Assembly: GCA_964478905.1 (NCBI GenBank)
Contig: CAYZJZ010000025.1
Coordinates: forward strand, 1 to 12,812
DNA from: an uncultured Eubacteriales bacterium
GTDB taxonomy: Bacteria > Bacillota > Clostridia > TANB77 > RGIG9151
Reading direction: 5' to 3'
Length of the DNA: 12,812 nucleotides
The stretch's first letter is position 1, and each line of letters starts with the position of its first letter. The notes under the pieces were generated by a model, which was not told the DNA's origin, did not search any database, and saw only the letters and a program-made list of their open reading frames with translations. This document shows, in pieces, positions 1-7,694 of the stretch. A program made the translations under genes and the position numbers.

Positions 1-1378
1 GCTTACCAAAATTCCCTCTTTCATCAGGCATTTTCGGCGTTCTTACATTTAAAACCGAACAAACAATAACAGTAATAGTAACCCCGGCAATAATTCCAAG
101 CACTAAAGAAATTACATTCCCTTTTTTCATAACAATTAAAATAATAGCTCCACCCAAAGTCGCAACAAATAAAATTCCCATTATTCCAACTAAAGTCACA
201 TTTATATTATTTTCATTTCTTTCAAAATCCGGTCTGCCTCCAAAAGGGCGAAAACTTCCAGTTAAAACTTGACTTTGAACTTTATTCCCTAAAGTATAAG
301 ACAAAATATCAGTATACAACCCGTTTACCTTAGTACCTTCTATTGTTCCACCCTCATATGCTGTATACTCATTTCCGCTAATTCCCGGCACACTAAACGT
401 CATAACTTTATAATCTCTATCTGACTCAAACGCAGTAACAGGATTATTATCCTTATCAACTAAAGTAATTAATTTACCGGCAGTTACCATTTTATCAAAC
501 TGTAAAGTAACAGATTTTTGCTTTGAATCTTCCTTTATTTCATCATACATATTCCCGGTAGCTATAATCTTTCCACCATTTATATATATTCCCAAATCTG
601 AATCTAGACCGCTATCTTCACTAGTTGGATTAGCAAACACATATAGCTCACCGCCGTTTACATATAAATACCCATTTGAATCAATTCCATCTCCTTGAGG
701 GCCGTCTTTAGATGTGTTTACTAAAATTGTTCCACCATTTATAGTAATAACACTCTCATTATCTTGGGCAGCATTCATTCCATCCTCAGTAGAATTAATA
801 ATATAATTTCCACTATTTATAGTTATATCTCTCTTTACTTCAATTCCTTCTCTTTGAGACTCAACTATTAGCGTACCTTCACCTTCAAAAGTTAAAGAAA
901 TATCCGAACTAATAGCCCCGTCATACTTATATCTTTCAAAATATTGACCTTCATCATTATAATTTTTCTCTACACTATATATAATTTTATCTTGATCCGG
1001 CCAACCTTCGACACTTTGCTTTATTAAGCCACCCGAAACATAGTTCACACTGTCTTTTGCCGTTTTTATAATCACATTACAAGTCTTAGAATTAGTCGCT
1101 ACATTGTAAACAAATATCGCAGGTGCATTTTTACAAGTTATACTTGCATTATTTAACAAAATAACTACATCACCATTAATATCATTCGTATTAACTGAAA
1201 TTTGTCCATCACTCAAAGTACCACTAAACTCATATGTTCCACTTTTTTTAATATTTATAACATTATCTACACTAATATTAGCCTTTTTAGCCTCATCACT
1301 AGTTCCACCATTGTTCATATCTTTTGAAAGATACAAATAATTACTCGAGTCCTTAGAAATCATTTCTCCATCCACCAT
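1..1378 (-). CDS. Cthe_2159-like (PF14262-like) parallel beta-helix, putative carbohydrate-binding surface protein. The 3' end runs off the left edge. As encoded, it lacks its signal peptide (see frameshift finding).
   Basis: Manual translation of the minus strand. I checked every 60-nt line and the frame is open from 1483 down to position 2, with no stop in the window, which is probably why the ORF track omits it. The first ATG is at 1376-1378 (MVDGEMISKDSS...). Family-like motifs: KSGTYEFSGTLSDGQISVN, VVILLNNASITCKNAPAIFV, and repeated beta-helix rungs (ITINSGNYIINSTEDGMNA, ITINGGTILVNTSKDGPQGDGIDSNG, LYVNGGELYVFAN, IYINGGKIIATGN). Near the window edge there are two hydrophobic segments (VTLVGIMGILFVATLGGAIILIV and VISLVLGIIAGVTITVIVCSVL). 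Confidence 0.6.
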   Translation of the reverse strand, partial: MVDGEMISKDSSNYLYLSKDMNNGGTSDEAKKANISVDNVINIKKSGTYEFSGTLSDGQISVNTNDINGDVVILLNNASITCKNAPAIFVYNVATNSKTCNVIIKTAKDSVNYVSGGLIKQSVEGWPDQDKIIYSVEKNYNDEGQYFERYKYDGAISSDISLTFEGEGTLIVESQREGIEVKRDITINSGNYIINSTEDGMNAAQDNESVITINGGTILVNTSKDGPQGDGIDSNGYLYVNGGELYVFANPTSEDSGLDSDLGIYINGGKIIATGNMYDEIKEDSKQKSVTLQFDKMVTAGKLITLVDKDNNPVTAFESDRDYKVMTFSVPGISGNEYTAYEGGTIEGTKVNGLYTDILSYTLGNKVQSQVLTGSFRPFGGRPDFERNENNINVTLVGIMGILFVATLGGAIILIVMKKGNVISLVLGIIAGVTITVIVCSVLNVRTPKMPDERGNFGK

Positions 1379-1434
1379 AATATTAGTATCCGTCAGCGAA
1401 ATCTCAATATTCTTTGAAGTCGCAAAACTACTAT

Positions 1435-1494
1435 TTACCGAAAACATTAAGGCAAACATAATCACCATAGAAATTATACTTTTTTTATTTATCA
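1435..1494 (-). other. Out-of-frame 19-codon mini-ORF (MINKKSIISMVIMFALMFR*) that looks like the original signal-peptide 5' end of the beta-helix gene.
   Basis: ATG at 1492-1494, preceded by GGAGGGGA (complement of 1503-1510) about 10 nt upstream. The peptide has a K-rich n-region and a hydrophobic h-region. It stops at TAA (1435-1437) right after a TTT run (plus-strand aaa, 1441-1443). The adjacent frame continues SVNSSFATSKN..., which would complete a signal peptidase site. Confidence 0.55.
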
Positions 1495-1575
1495 TAAATA
1501 AATCCCCTCCTATGGTTCATTTTACCCTTTTTAAAAAAGTTTTTGGTGTTTTTTATGTGATTTTTTTGTGAACTA

Positions 1576-3777
1576 TTATTTTGACTTTAACCTCAACGCA
1601 TTTAGCACAACTGTTAAACTGCTTAAAGTCATAGCAAACGCTGCTATCATAGGATTTAGTTCAATTCCAAAAGGTATAAAAATTCCACACGCTACCGGTA
1701 TCATACAAACATTATAGAAAAATGCCCAAAACAAATTTTGTTTAATATTTCTTATTGTCTTTTTGCTTAAAGTAATCAACTCATTCATTTTCTCAATATT
1801 ATCACTCATAAAAATAACACTTGCCGAATCCATTGCAATATCAGTACCTGTTGAAATAGAAACACCTATATCAGCCGTAACTAAGCTTACGCTATCATTT
1901 ACACCATCTCCGCACATCATAACCATACCATTTTTCTTTAATTTCTTTATTTCTTCCGCTTTTTCTTTTGGTGAAACATTTGAAATAACTTTATCTATTC
2001 CAACCTGCTTTGCAATAATATCAGCAGTCTTTTCATTATCTCCGGTAAGCATTACAACACTTATATTTTTCTGTTTTAATTCCTCTATAACTTCTTTAGC
2101 ATTAGGTTTCAACGTATCTTTTACTCCAATTAAACTAATAAGTTGGTTATTCATACTCACAAACAAAATGCTATTTCCGTCATTCATAAGTTGTTGTTCA
2201 TCATTTAGATTTTTAATTGATATATTGTTTTCCTTCATCAACTTGCTATTACCAATTAATAAAACATCTCCATTCTTGGTCTTACCCGAAACTCCATATC
2301 CCGAAATAGCCTCAAATTCTTGAATATCTTCAAGTTCAATATTTTTCTTCTTGGCAACATCAACTATCGCTCTAGCTATCGGATGTTCCGACTTGTTTTC
2401 AACACTTGCTGCCTTTTTTAAAATTTCATCTTCAGTAAAATTGCTATAATTATATATCTTTGAAACACTTAAATTTCCGATAGTCAACGTACCTGTTTTA
2501 TCAAAACAAACTGTTTTTACCTTATGAGCGTTTTCCAAAGCTTCGCTCGTTTTTATTAAAATTCCCTTTTTACTCGCATTACCAGAAGCTATAACAATAG
2601 CTAAAGGAGTTGCAAGCCCTAAACTGCAAGGACAAGCAACTACTAATATACTAACAAATACATTAATAGCAAAAGCCACATCTCTCGAAATAACAAACCA
2701 TAGCAAAAAAGCAACCGTAGATATAGCTAAAACAACCGGAACAAAGTATCCGCTTATCCTATCTGCAATTTTAGCAATAGGCGCTTTAGTCGCTGTTGCG
2801 TTAGCCACAAGCCTTACAATTTCCGACACAGTTGAATCTCTACCGATTTTCTCAGCCTTATACTTTATAGTCCCCTCATAATTTATACTCCCGGCAATTA
2901 CCTTTGAACCGATTTCTCTCTTTACAGGCACACTTTCCCCGGTAATAAAAGACTCATTTATATGCGTTACGCCCTCAATAATCTCGCCATCTACCGCTAT
3001 TTTTCCTCCCGGCTTACAAATAACAATATCATCTTTTTTTATCTCATCTAAAGTTACCGTAAGCTCCTTTCCATCTCTAAAAATTATCGCATTATTAGGA
3101 GTAATAGTCATAAGATTTTGTAAAGCTTCCTTAGTCTTGTTCTTATTCTTGCTTTCAATAAATTTACCTATTTTTATAAAAAATATTACAATAGCAGAAG
3201 ACTCATAATATAATTTCTCTACATATAAATTATTACCATAAAAAATCTGAATTGTTCCGTAAATGCTATAAATAAAACTAGCAAAAACTCCTATTGTTAC
3301 CAAAGTATCCATATTAGGCGTTTTGTGAATTAAATTTTTGTATCCGTTTCTTAATATATCCTTGCCAAAAAACAATACAATAACTGTCAGTAGAAATAAA
3401 GTTACCGCATAATTAATCGGATAAGTTTCCATATTCAAAAGCGGAATAACCGGCAATCCAATCATATGAGACATAGAAACATATAAAATAAAAATAGAAA
3501 TTATCGAAAGCCATATAAGTTTATACTTCTCATTAGATTTTTTCTTTTCTTCTCTTTCAAAATTATCAATTCCAAGACTTATAAAACCAGCCTTCTCAAC
3601 AAACTTTTCTATCTTTTCCAAAGTAAGTTTACTTTCATCATACTCAATATTCGCATTATTCATCACTAAATTAACAGTAGCCGACTTTATCCCGTCTTGT
3701 TTATTTAAATATTTCTCCAAACCGGACGAACACGCAGAGCAAGTCATTCCATCTATTTTCAGCAAAACTTTTTTCAT
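1576..3777 (-). CDS. copA: Copper(I)-translocating P1B-type ATPase
   Basis: 733-aa ORF. It has an N-terminal HMA domain with GMTCSACSSG (GMTCxxC), a TGES actuator motif, the transmembrane CPC motif (ACPCSLGLATP), the phosphorylation site FDKTGTLT, SEHP, GDGVNDS, and the TM7/TM8 Cu(I) signatures YN (FFYNVCMIP) and MTLSS. RBS GGGAGA lies 9 nt upstream of the ATG. Confidence 0.95.
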   Translation of the reverse strand: MKKVLLKIDGMTCSACSSGLEKYLNKQDGIKSATVNLVMNNANIEYDESKLTLEKIEKFVEKAGFISLGIDNFEREEKKKSNEKYKLIWLSIISIFILYVSMSHMIGLPVIPLLNMETYPINYAVTLFLLTVIVLFFGKDILRNGYKNLIHKTPNMDTLVTIGVFASFIYSIYGTIQIFYGNNLYVEKLYYESSAIVIFFIKIGKFIESKNKNKTKEALQNLMTITPNNAIIFRDGKELTVTLDEIKKDDIVICKPGGKIAVDGEIIEGVTHINESFITGESVPVKREIGSKVIAGSINYEGTIKYKAEKIGRDSTVSEIVRLVANATATKAPIAKIADRISGYFVPVVLAISTVAFLLWFVISRDVAFAINVFVSILVVACPCSLGLATPLAIVIASGNASKKGILIKTSEALENAHKVKTVCFDKTGTLTIGNLSVSKIYNYSNFTEDEILKKAASVENKSEHPIARAIVDVAKKKNIELEDIQEFEAISGYGVSGKTKNGDVLLIGNSKLMKENNISIKNLNDEQQLMNDGNSILFVSMNNQLISLIGVKDTLKPNAKEVIEELKQKNISVVMLTGDNEKTADIIAKQVGIDKVISNVSPKEKAEEIKKLKKNGMVMMCGDGVNDSVSLVTADIGVSISTGTDIAMDSASVIFMSDNIEKMNELITLSKKTIRNIKQNLFWAFFYNVCMIPVACGIFIPFGIELNPMIAAFAMTLSSLTVVLNALRLKSK

Positions 3778-3835
3778 AAATCTTATTCTCCCTAAAACTA
3801 TTTTTTTGTTACTAATCTGCCTTTCTTATATCACA

Positions 3836-3844
3836 ATTATACCA
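3836..3844 (-). promoter_or_regulatory. Candidate extended -10 promoter (TGGTATAAT) for copA
   Basis: The minus strand reads ...cttgcgtaaaTGgTATAATtgtgat... about 60 nt upstream of the copA ATG and just downstream of the flagellar operon terminator. There is no good -35 hexamer at 17-nt spacing. Confidence 0.35.
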
Positions 3845-3852
3845 TTTACGCA

Positions 3853-3893
3853 AGAAAAAAGACTAAAGCCTCACATACAAAGCCTTAGTCTTT
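3853..3893 (-). terminator. Rho-independent terminator ending the flaG-fliD-fliS-flgN-like operon
   Basis: The minus-strand RNA reads AAAGACUAAGGC-(12-nt loop)-GCUUUAGUCUUU followed by a U run (UUUUUUCUUG). The 12-bp stem closes with a G.U pair on the minus strand. The same position is an A.C mismatch on the plus strand, which favours minus-strand function. Confidence 0.8.
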
Positions 3894-3971
3894 TATTAGC
3901 TCTTTTCTTCTATAACCAAATATATTTTTAATATGTAGTAACCAAAAAGCATTTCCTGCAAAAACAAATTT

Positions 3972-4463
3972 TTACTTTATTTTTCTATCAATAAAATATG
4001 CATCAGTATGTGAATTAAAATTACCATATTGTTGAATCGCACGTTTGCCCTTAGACGCATTATATATCTTTTCTTGTAACTCATCTTTTGCCTTTAGTAT
4101 CTTAGTCTTATTCTTCTTCTCGATTTCACAAATCCCACGCAATATATCCATTATTCTCTCAATAACCTCTTTTAACACTGTAATGCGTGAACATCTGAAT
4201 TCTAATTCGTCTAAGCTATTAATTTCATATAAAGTCTTTAAATCACTAACAATAGCTTCAAACTGAGTATCTAATTGTTTGATAATATCAAGTTTTTCTT
4301 GTTTTCTATCAATAAGTAAATTCAATCCATCAATATCTCCAACCTCTATAACATCTGTCTGCTTATCAGTAAGAGACATCAAATCCTCTAATAATGTAAA
4401 CTTTTGCTCACTAAGATTAATTAACTTACTTACAACTTTATCTAAATCCAACAAATTCAACAC
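3972..4463 (-). CDS. FlgN-family-like flagellar export chaperone, in the position FliT occupies in Bacillus
   Basis: 163-aa ORF starting 8 nt after the fliS stop and immediately followed by the operon terminator. It is a helical, charged, low-pI style sequence with an FlgN-like layout (LINLSEQKFTLLEDLMSLTDKQTDVI..., C-terminal ...QQYGNFNSHTDAYFIDRKIK). The start is uncertain: GTG at 4463 or a TTG a few codons in, with the SD GAGGTG overlapping the GTG. Confidence 0.55.
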   Translation of the reverse strand: MLNLLDLDKVVSKLINLSEQKFTLLEDLMSLTDKQTDVIEVGDIDGLNLLIDRKQEKLDIIKQLDTQFEAIVSDLKTLYEINSLDELEFRCSRITVLKEVIERIMDILRGICEIEKKNKTKILKAKDELQEKIYNASKGKRAIQQYGNFNSHTDAYFIDRKIK

Positions 4464-4470
4464 CTCATCA

Positions 4471-4881
4471 TTAGATAGTTTGAGTCATTCCTCCACGTCC
4501 TGCTTGCTTAATTCTGGCATCTTTCATAGCTTCAGCCCAAGTATCCCTTAAATCAGAAACAAATTGTTCAACTTCATCTAAAATAGACGATTCTTTTTTT
4601 ACATTTGCTTCAATAAGTCTATCCAAGAAATATGTATACAAATCATATAAATTTTTAGATATATCATACTTCATATCAAGCGTCGCCCTAAGCTCTCTTA
4701 TTATAGCTTGTGCTTTACACATATACAGATTAGCTTTTTCATAATCTTTATCTTCAAGTCCAATCTTTGCTAAACGTATTCCTTTAATACAACCATTATA
4801 CAACATCAACGTTAATTCTTCAGGCGTTGCTGTCATAATAGAGTTTTGTTGATATTGATAAACCGCTTTATTAAGTGCCAT
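4471..4881 (-). CDS. fliS: Flagellin-specific export chaperone FliS
   Basis: 136 aa. N-terminus YQYQQNSIMTATPEELTLMLYNG and a four-helix-bundle style sequence typical of FliS. RBS GGAGGGA upstream. Sits directly downstream of fliD. Confidence 0.9.
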   Translation of the reverse strand: MALNKAVYQYQQNSIMTATPEELTLMLYNGCIKGIRLAKIGLEDKDYEKANLYMCKAQAIIRELRATLDMKYDISKNLYDLYTYFLDRLIEANVKKESSILDEVEQFVSDLRDTWAEAMKDARIKQAGRGGMTQTI

Positions 4882-4917
4882 AAGTTTCCCTCCGTAATCG
4901 TAAAATAAGAATCAAAA

Positions 4918-7116
4918 TTAACCATTTAATAAATTCATAATTGATGAACTTTGAGAATTCATATTGCTTATAGCTTCTTCCATTGCCGCAAATTGTGAAT
5001 AATATCTATCTTCTAACATTTCCAATCTCTCTTGTTGCTTTTTAATTGATTCTTTTAATCTCTCAAGTTGTTTTCCTAATGTACTCTCATCTACAACAGT
5101 AGACGAAGAACCAGCCTTGTCAACAATACTGTTCATAGCATTAGTACAAATATCATAAATTTTAGTAGCAAATCCACGTTCGCTAGTATCATATTTAGCT
5201 CCATCTTTAATACCAAATAAAGCTAACGCATCTTTACTTTCATCGCTACTTCCTTCATTACTAACATTAAACGTCATATCCACCGTTTTTAGAGAATTGA
5301 ATAAAATCTTATCTCCACTAACAGAAACGCTTACTCTTCCTTCGCCAAAAGCTTCAGTAAATACATCTTTCATATAATCTTCAAAATCAGTTCTTGATGT
5401 AGCATCTGCTAAATCATAAGTTCCTTTTAGCGTAATAGTCTTTGTTTCTCCGCCATAAGTAACATTAAACGACTTTCCATCAAGATTTAAGTTTTTATCT
5501 GAAAGTTTAGAACTTTGAATTTGTTTAGGTGCACTAGAAAATAAACTAGTTACTCCATCCAAATCATTTTTTATTGCTTCCTTTAACTTATCTTCATCTA
5601 CAACCAACTTACCATTATTTTCAGAATTAACAGAGTCATAAGAAGAAGTAGAAATACCAATTTGGAATAATGAAGAAATGCTAGAACCAGATACATAAGA
5701 CGTAACAGCTGAACGCATATTGTTTATAGCATCTCTTAATGTAGAATCTCTTTTTAAGATTCCCTTTTTAGCCATTGTTTCCCATTTTTCTTCTTGAGTT
5801 TCAGATAAAGATTCTCTTTCAGCATCGGTAAGCGGATCATATCCTGTCGCTTCTTCTTTATAATACTTATTTAGTGTAACTAATAAGTCATTGTACGAAT
5901 CCGTGAAATTCTTTATTTTATTATAAATCTCATCTACATTTTTAGAAACTGTAATAGAAACCGTTTTATTAGGATCAGCTTCTAAGAAAGTCATCGAAAC
6001 TCCGTTATATGTAAATGTATTAGATGCAGTTTCAACATCTTTAGCAGTCTCTCCATCCGGAGAAGTAATTGTAAATACCGCATTGTCACCGGTTGTATAC
6101 AATCCACCATTAGCTTCAAATTTATCAAGTCTATTACTTTCTTTATAAGAATAATAATTTAAGCCAAGTTTTTTCCAAAAAGCTTCTCCTAGTTTATCAC
6201 CACCTACTTCTATGTCTCTACCTGCTCCATAAGTATCTCGCGTAATAGTCATACTTTGTTTTATATCGCTATACTTTATAGTAATATCTACATCAGTATC
6301 TTTATTTAACTTATTAAATACATCAGACAATGTATCATTCTTACTAAAAGTAAAATCTTTCCCATTAACAGATATCGTCATCTCATCACTATTTTTAAAC
6401 TTACTACTTCCCAAAAGATTTTCCAGTGTAGCACCAGTATCAAAAGCCGTTGTATCTCCATCATCAAAATGCAAATAATCAAGTGCATTAGCACCACTTC
6501 CTCCACAGGTAAGTGTAATAGGCATTTTTAAAGAAGTTTTGCTAGATAGAATCAGTTCATCATATTTACAACTAACATCTATTTGATTCGCGCCAAAAGC
6601 ATTTTCAATTTTAGTTTGAAGCGCATCAGCCAATTTTTGACTATTATCAAAAGTTTCATCTTCTCCAAAAGATATAGTTTTAGTTTCACCATTATATGTT
6701 ATGTCAAAACTTTTTCCAGCCAAGTTAGTCAAATCATCCGTAGTAATACTCGTACTACTGCGAATATCTTGTTCTAGTTTCGTTCCAACTAAAGTAGTTT
6801 TAGTTGCAAGTTGAGAAACAGAAACTTTATATGTACCTTCTTGCGCTTCGCTAGTTGCTGAAGCAGAAATTGCATTTTTATCAGTTGACTCAGCATTATA
6901 TAATTTATATGTTCCTTGCAACTTCATATCTAACGCAGTAGTTCTAAAAGAAAGAAATTTAGAGTTAATTTCAAGTAGAGCTTCTCTTTGCCATTCAACC
7001 TTAGTTTGGCTTTTTTCAAGTTTTTCAAGCGGAGCACGATTTGCTTCCATCAATTGCTCAATAATTGATTCATAATCCATTCCACTCGCTAAACCGGTTA
7101 TTCTATTTGTAGCCAT
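4918..7116 (-). CDS. fliD: Flagellar filament cap protein FliD (hook-associated protein 2), unusually long
   Basis: 732 aa. FliD-type N-terminus (ITGLASGMDYESIIEQLMEANRAPL), flagellin/hook IN-like motifs (MTISVNGKDFTFSKNDTLSDVFNKLN), a FliD C-terminal region (ISSLFQIGISTS..., GKLVVDEDKLKEAI) and a terminal heptad coil (LERLKESIKKQQERLEMLEDRYYSQFAAME). Confidence 0.92.
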   Translation of the reverse strand: MATNRITGLASGMDYESIIEQLMEANRAPLEKLEKSQTKVEWQREALLEINSKFLSFRTTALDMKLQGTYKLYNAESTDKNAISASATSEAQEGTYKVSVSQLATKTTLVGTKLEQDIRSSTSITTDDLTNLAGKSFDITYNGETKTISFGEDETFDNSQKLADALQTKIENAFGANQIDVSCKYDELILSSKTSLKMPITLTCGGSGANALDYLHFDDGDTTAFDTGATLENLLGSSKFKNSDEMTISVNGKDFTFSKNDTLSDVFNKLNKDTDVDITIKYSDIKQSMTITRDTYGAGRDIEVGGDKLGEAFWKKLGLNYYSYKESNRLDKFEANGGLYTTGDNAVFTITSPDGETAKDVETASNTFTYNGVSMTFLEADPNKTVSITVSKNVDEIYNKIKNFTDSYNDLLVTLNKYYKEEATGYDPLTDAERESLSETQEEKWETMAKKGILKRDSTLRDAINNMRSAVTSYVSGSSISSLFQIGISTSSYDSVNSENNGKLVVDEDKLKEAIKNDLDGVTSLFSSAPKQIQSSKLSDKNLNLDGKSFNVTYGGETKTITLKGTYDLADATSRTDFEDYMKDVFTEAFGEGRVSVSVSGDKILFNSLKTVDMTFNVSNEGSSDESKDALALFGIKDGAKYDTSERGFATKIYDICTNAMNSIVDKAGSSSTVVDESTLGKQLERLKESIKKQQERLEMLEDRYYSQFAAMEEAISNMNSQSSSIMNLLNG

Positions 7117-7130
7117 CTTCTCTCCGCCCC

Positions 7131-7511
7131 CTATCCTTTATGATCAAAAAGTATCCCGGTAATCTCGTCCATTTTCTCAGAAAACTCAATAGCTTCTTCA
7201 GACGGAATTTCCATTATAACTTTTTCACTCTCACGTTCTACAACCTTAATAGAAACTCGATTAAGACCACCTTCATGACTTTCATGTATTTTAAACTCAA
7301 TCGCTTTATCAGCATTTTTCAAGCCTTCATTTAGTTTCTCGACGGTTTCTTTAATTTTCTGAGCATCTCTTTCGGAAATATTTTTCTCTTTTACTTCCTT
7401 ATTAATATGCTCTTCCGGGATTACCTTAGGCGTATCAACCTTCTTGGTTTCTATCCTTTGGTTATCTACATACCCCATACCAGAATTATTGCTATTCATT
7501 TCTACTTTCAT
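7131..7511 (-). CDS. flaG: FlaG family flagellar protein
   Basis: FlaG-like C-terminal core (IEFKIHESHEGGLNRVSIKVVERESEKVIMEIPSEEAIEFSEKMDEITGILFDHKG). I prefer the second ATG (7509-7511, MKVEMNS...) because GGAGGTG lies 6 nt upstream. The track's first ATG (7526) sits inside that SD. Confidence 0.85.
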   Translation of the reverse strand: MKVEMNSNNSGMGYVDNQRIETKKVDTPKVIPEEHINKEVKEKNISERDAQKIKETVEKLNEGLKNADKAIEFKIHESHEGGLNRVSIKVVERESEKVIMEIPSEEAIEFSEKMDEITGILFDHKG

Positions 7512-7552
7512 AACGCACACCTCCATGTGTGAAATCTTCCATTACATCTATT

Positions 7553-7580
7553 ATATCGTCAATACTTCACATAAACTTTA
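7553..7580 (-). promoter_or_regulatory. Sigma-D / sigma-28 type promoter for the late flagellar operon
   Basis: The minus strand reads TAAAGTTT-N12-GACGATAT. The published sigma-28 consensus is TAAAGTTT-N11-GCCGATAA (B. subtilis sigma-D: TAAA-N15-GCCGATAT). It lies about 40 nt upstream of the flaG start. Confidence 0.65.
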
Positions 7581-7626
7581 GCCTTTTTTACGTAAAAAAT
7601 AGAATTTTTTGCCATAAATTAATTCA

Positions 7627-7678
7627 AAGAAAAAAGATGTAAAAAACTCACAAAATTTATAAGTGAGTTTCTTACATC
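7627..7678 (-). terminator. Rho-independent terminator ending the ylxM-ffh-ORF110 operon
   Basis: The minus-strand RNA reads GAUGUAAGAAACUCAC-(11-nt loop)-GUGAGUUUUUUACAUC followed by UUUUUUCUUU. The 16-bp stem is continuous on the minus strand (one G.U pair) but has an A.C mismatch on the plus strand. It starts 17 nt after the ORF110 stop. Confidence 0.85.
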
Positions 7679-7694
7679 CTCTTTCTACTCATTT

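Noticed and set aside
1763-2323. 186-aa plus-strand ORF inside copA, plus the other plus-strand ORFs at 4045-4266, 4279-4551, 6583-6777, 7140-7334, 10391-10576 and 11968-12198
   Set aside because: All lie antisense within well-supported minus-strand genes. They have low-complexity, Ser/Phe/Ile/Leu-rich translations typical of shadow frames in AT-rich DNA, with no RBS and no recognisable motifs.
3866-3885. Possible CopY cop box (TACAnnTGTA) near copA, suggested by cacatacaaag
   Set aside because: The sequence does not form the required dyad. It is also the loop of the upstream operon's terminator, not part of the copA promoter.
3853-3893. Reading the two intergenic hairpins (3853-3893 and 7627-7678) as bidirectional or plus-strand terminators
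   Set aside because: No credible plus-strand genes converge on them. In both stems the single imperfect position is a G.U pair in the minus-strand RNA but an A.C mismatch in the plus-strand RNA, and the better U-tract follows on the minus strand.
7512-7526. MEVCV N-terminal extension of flaG in the ORF track
   Set aside because: The upstream ATG lies inside the GGAGGTG ribosome-binding site, which is correctly spaced for the second ATG at 7509-7511.
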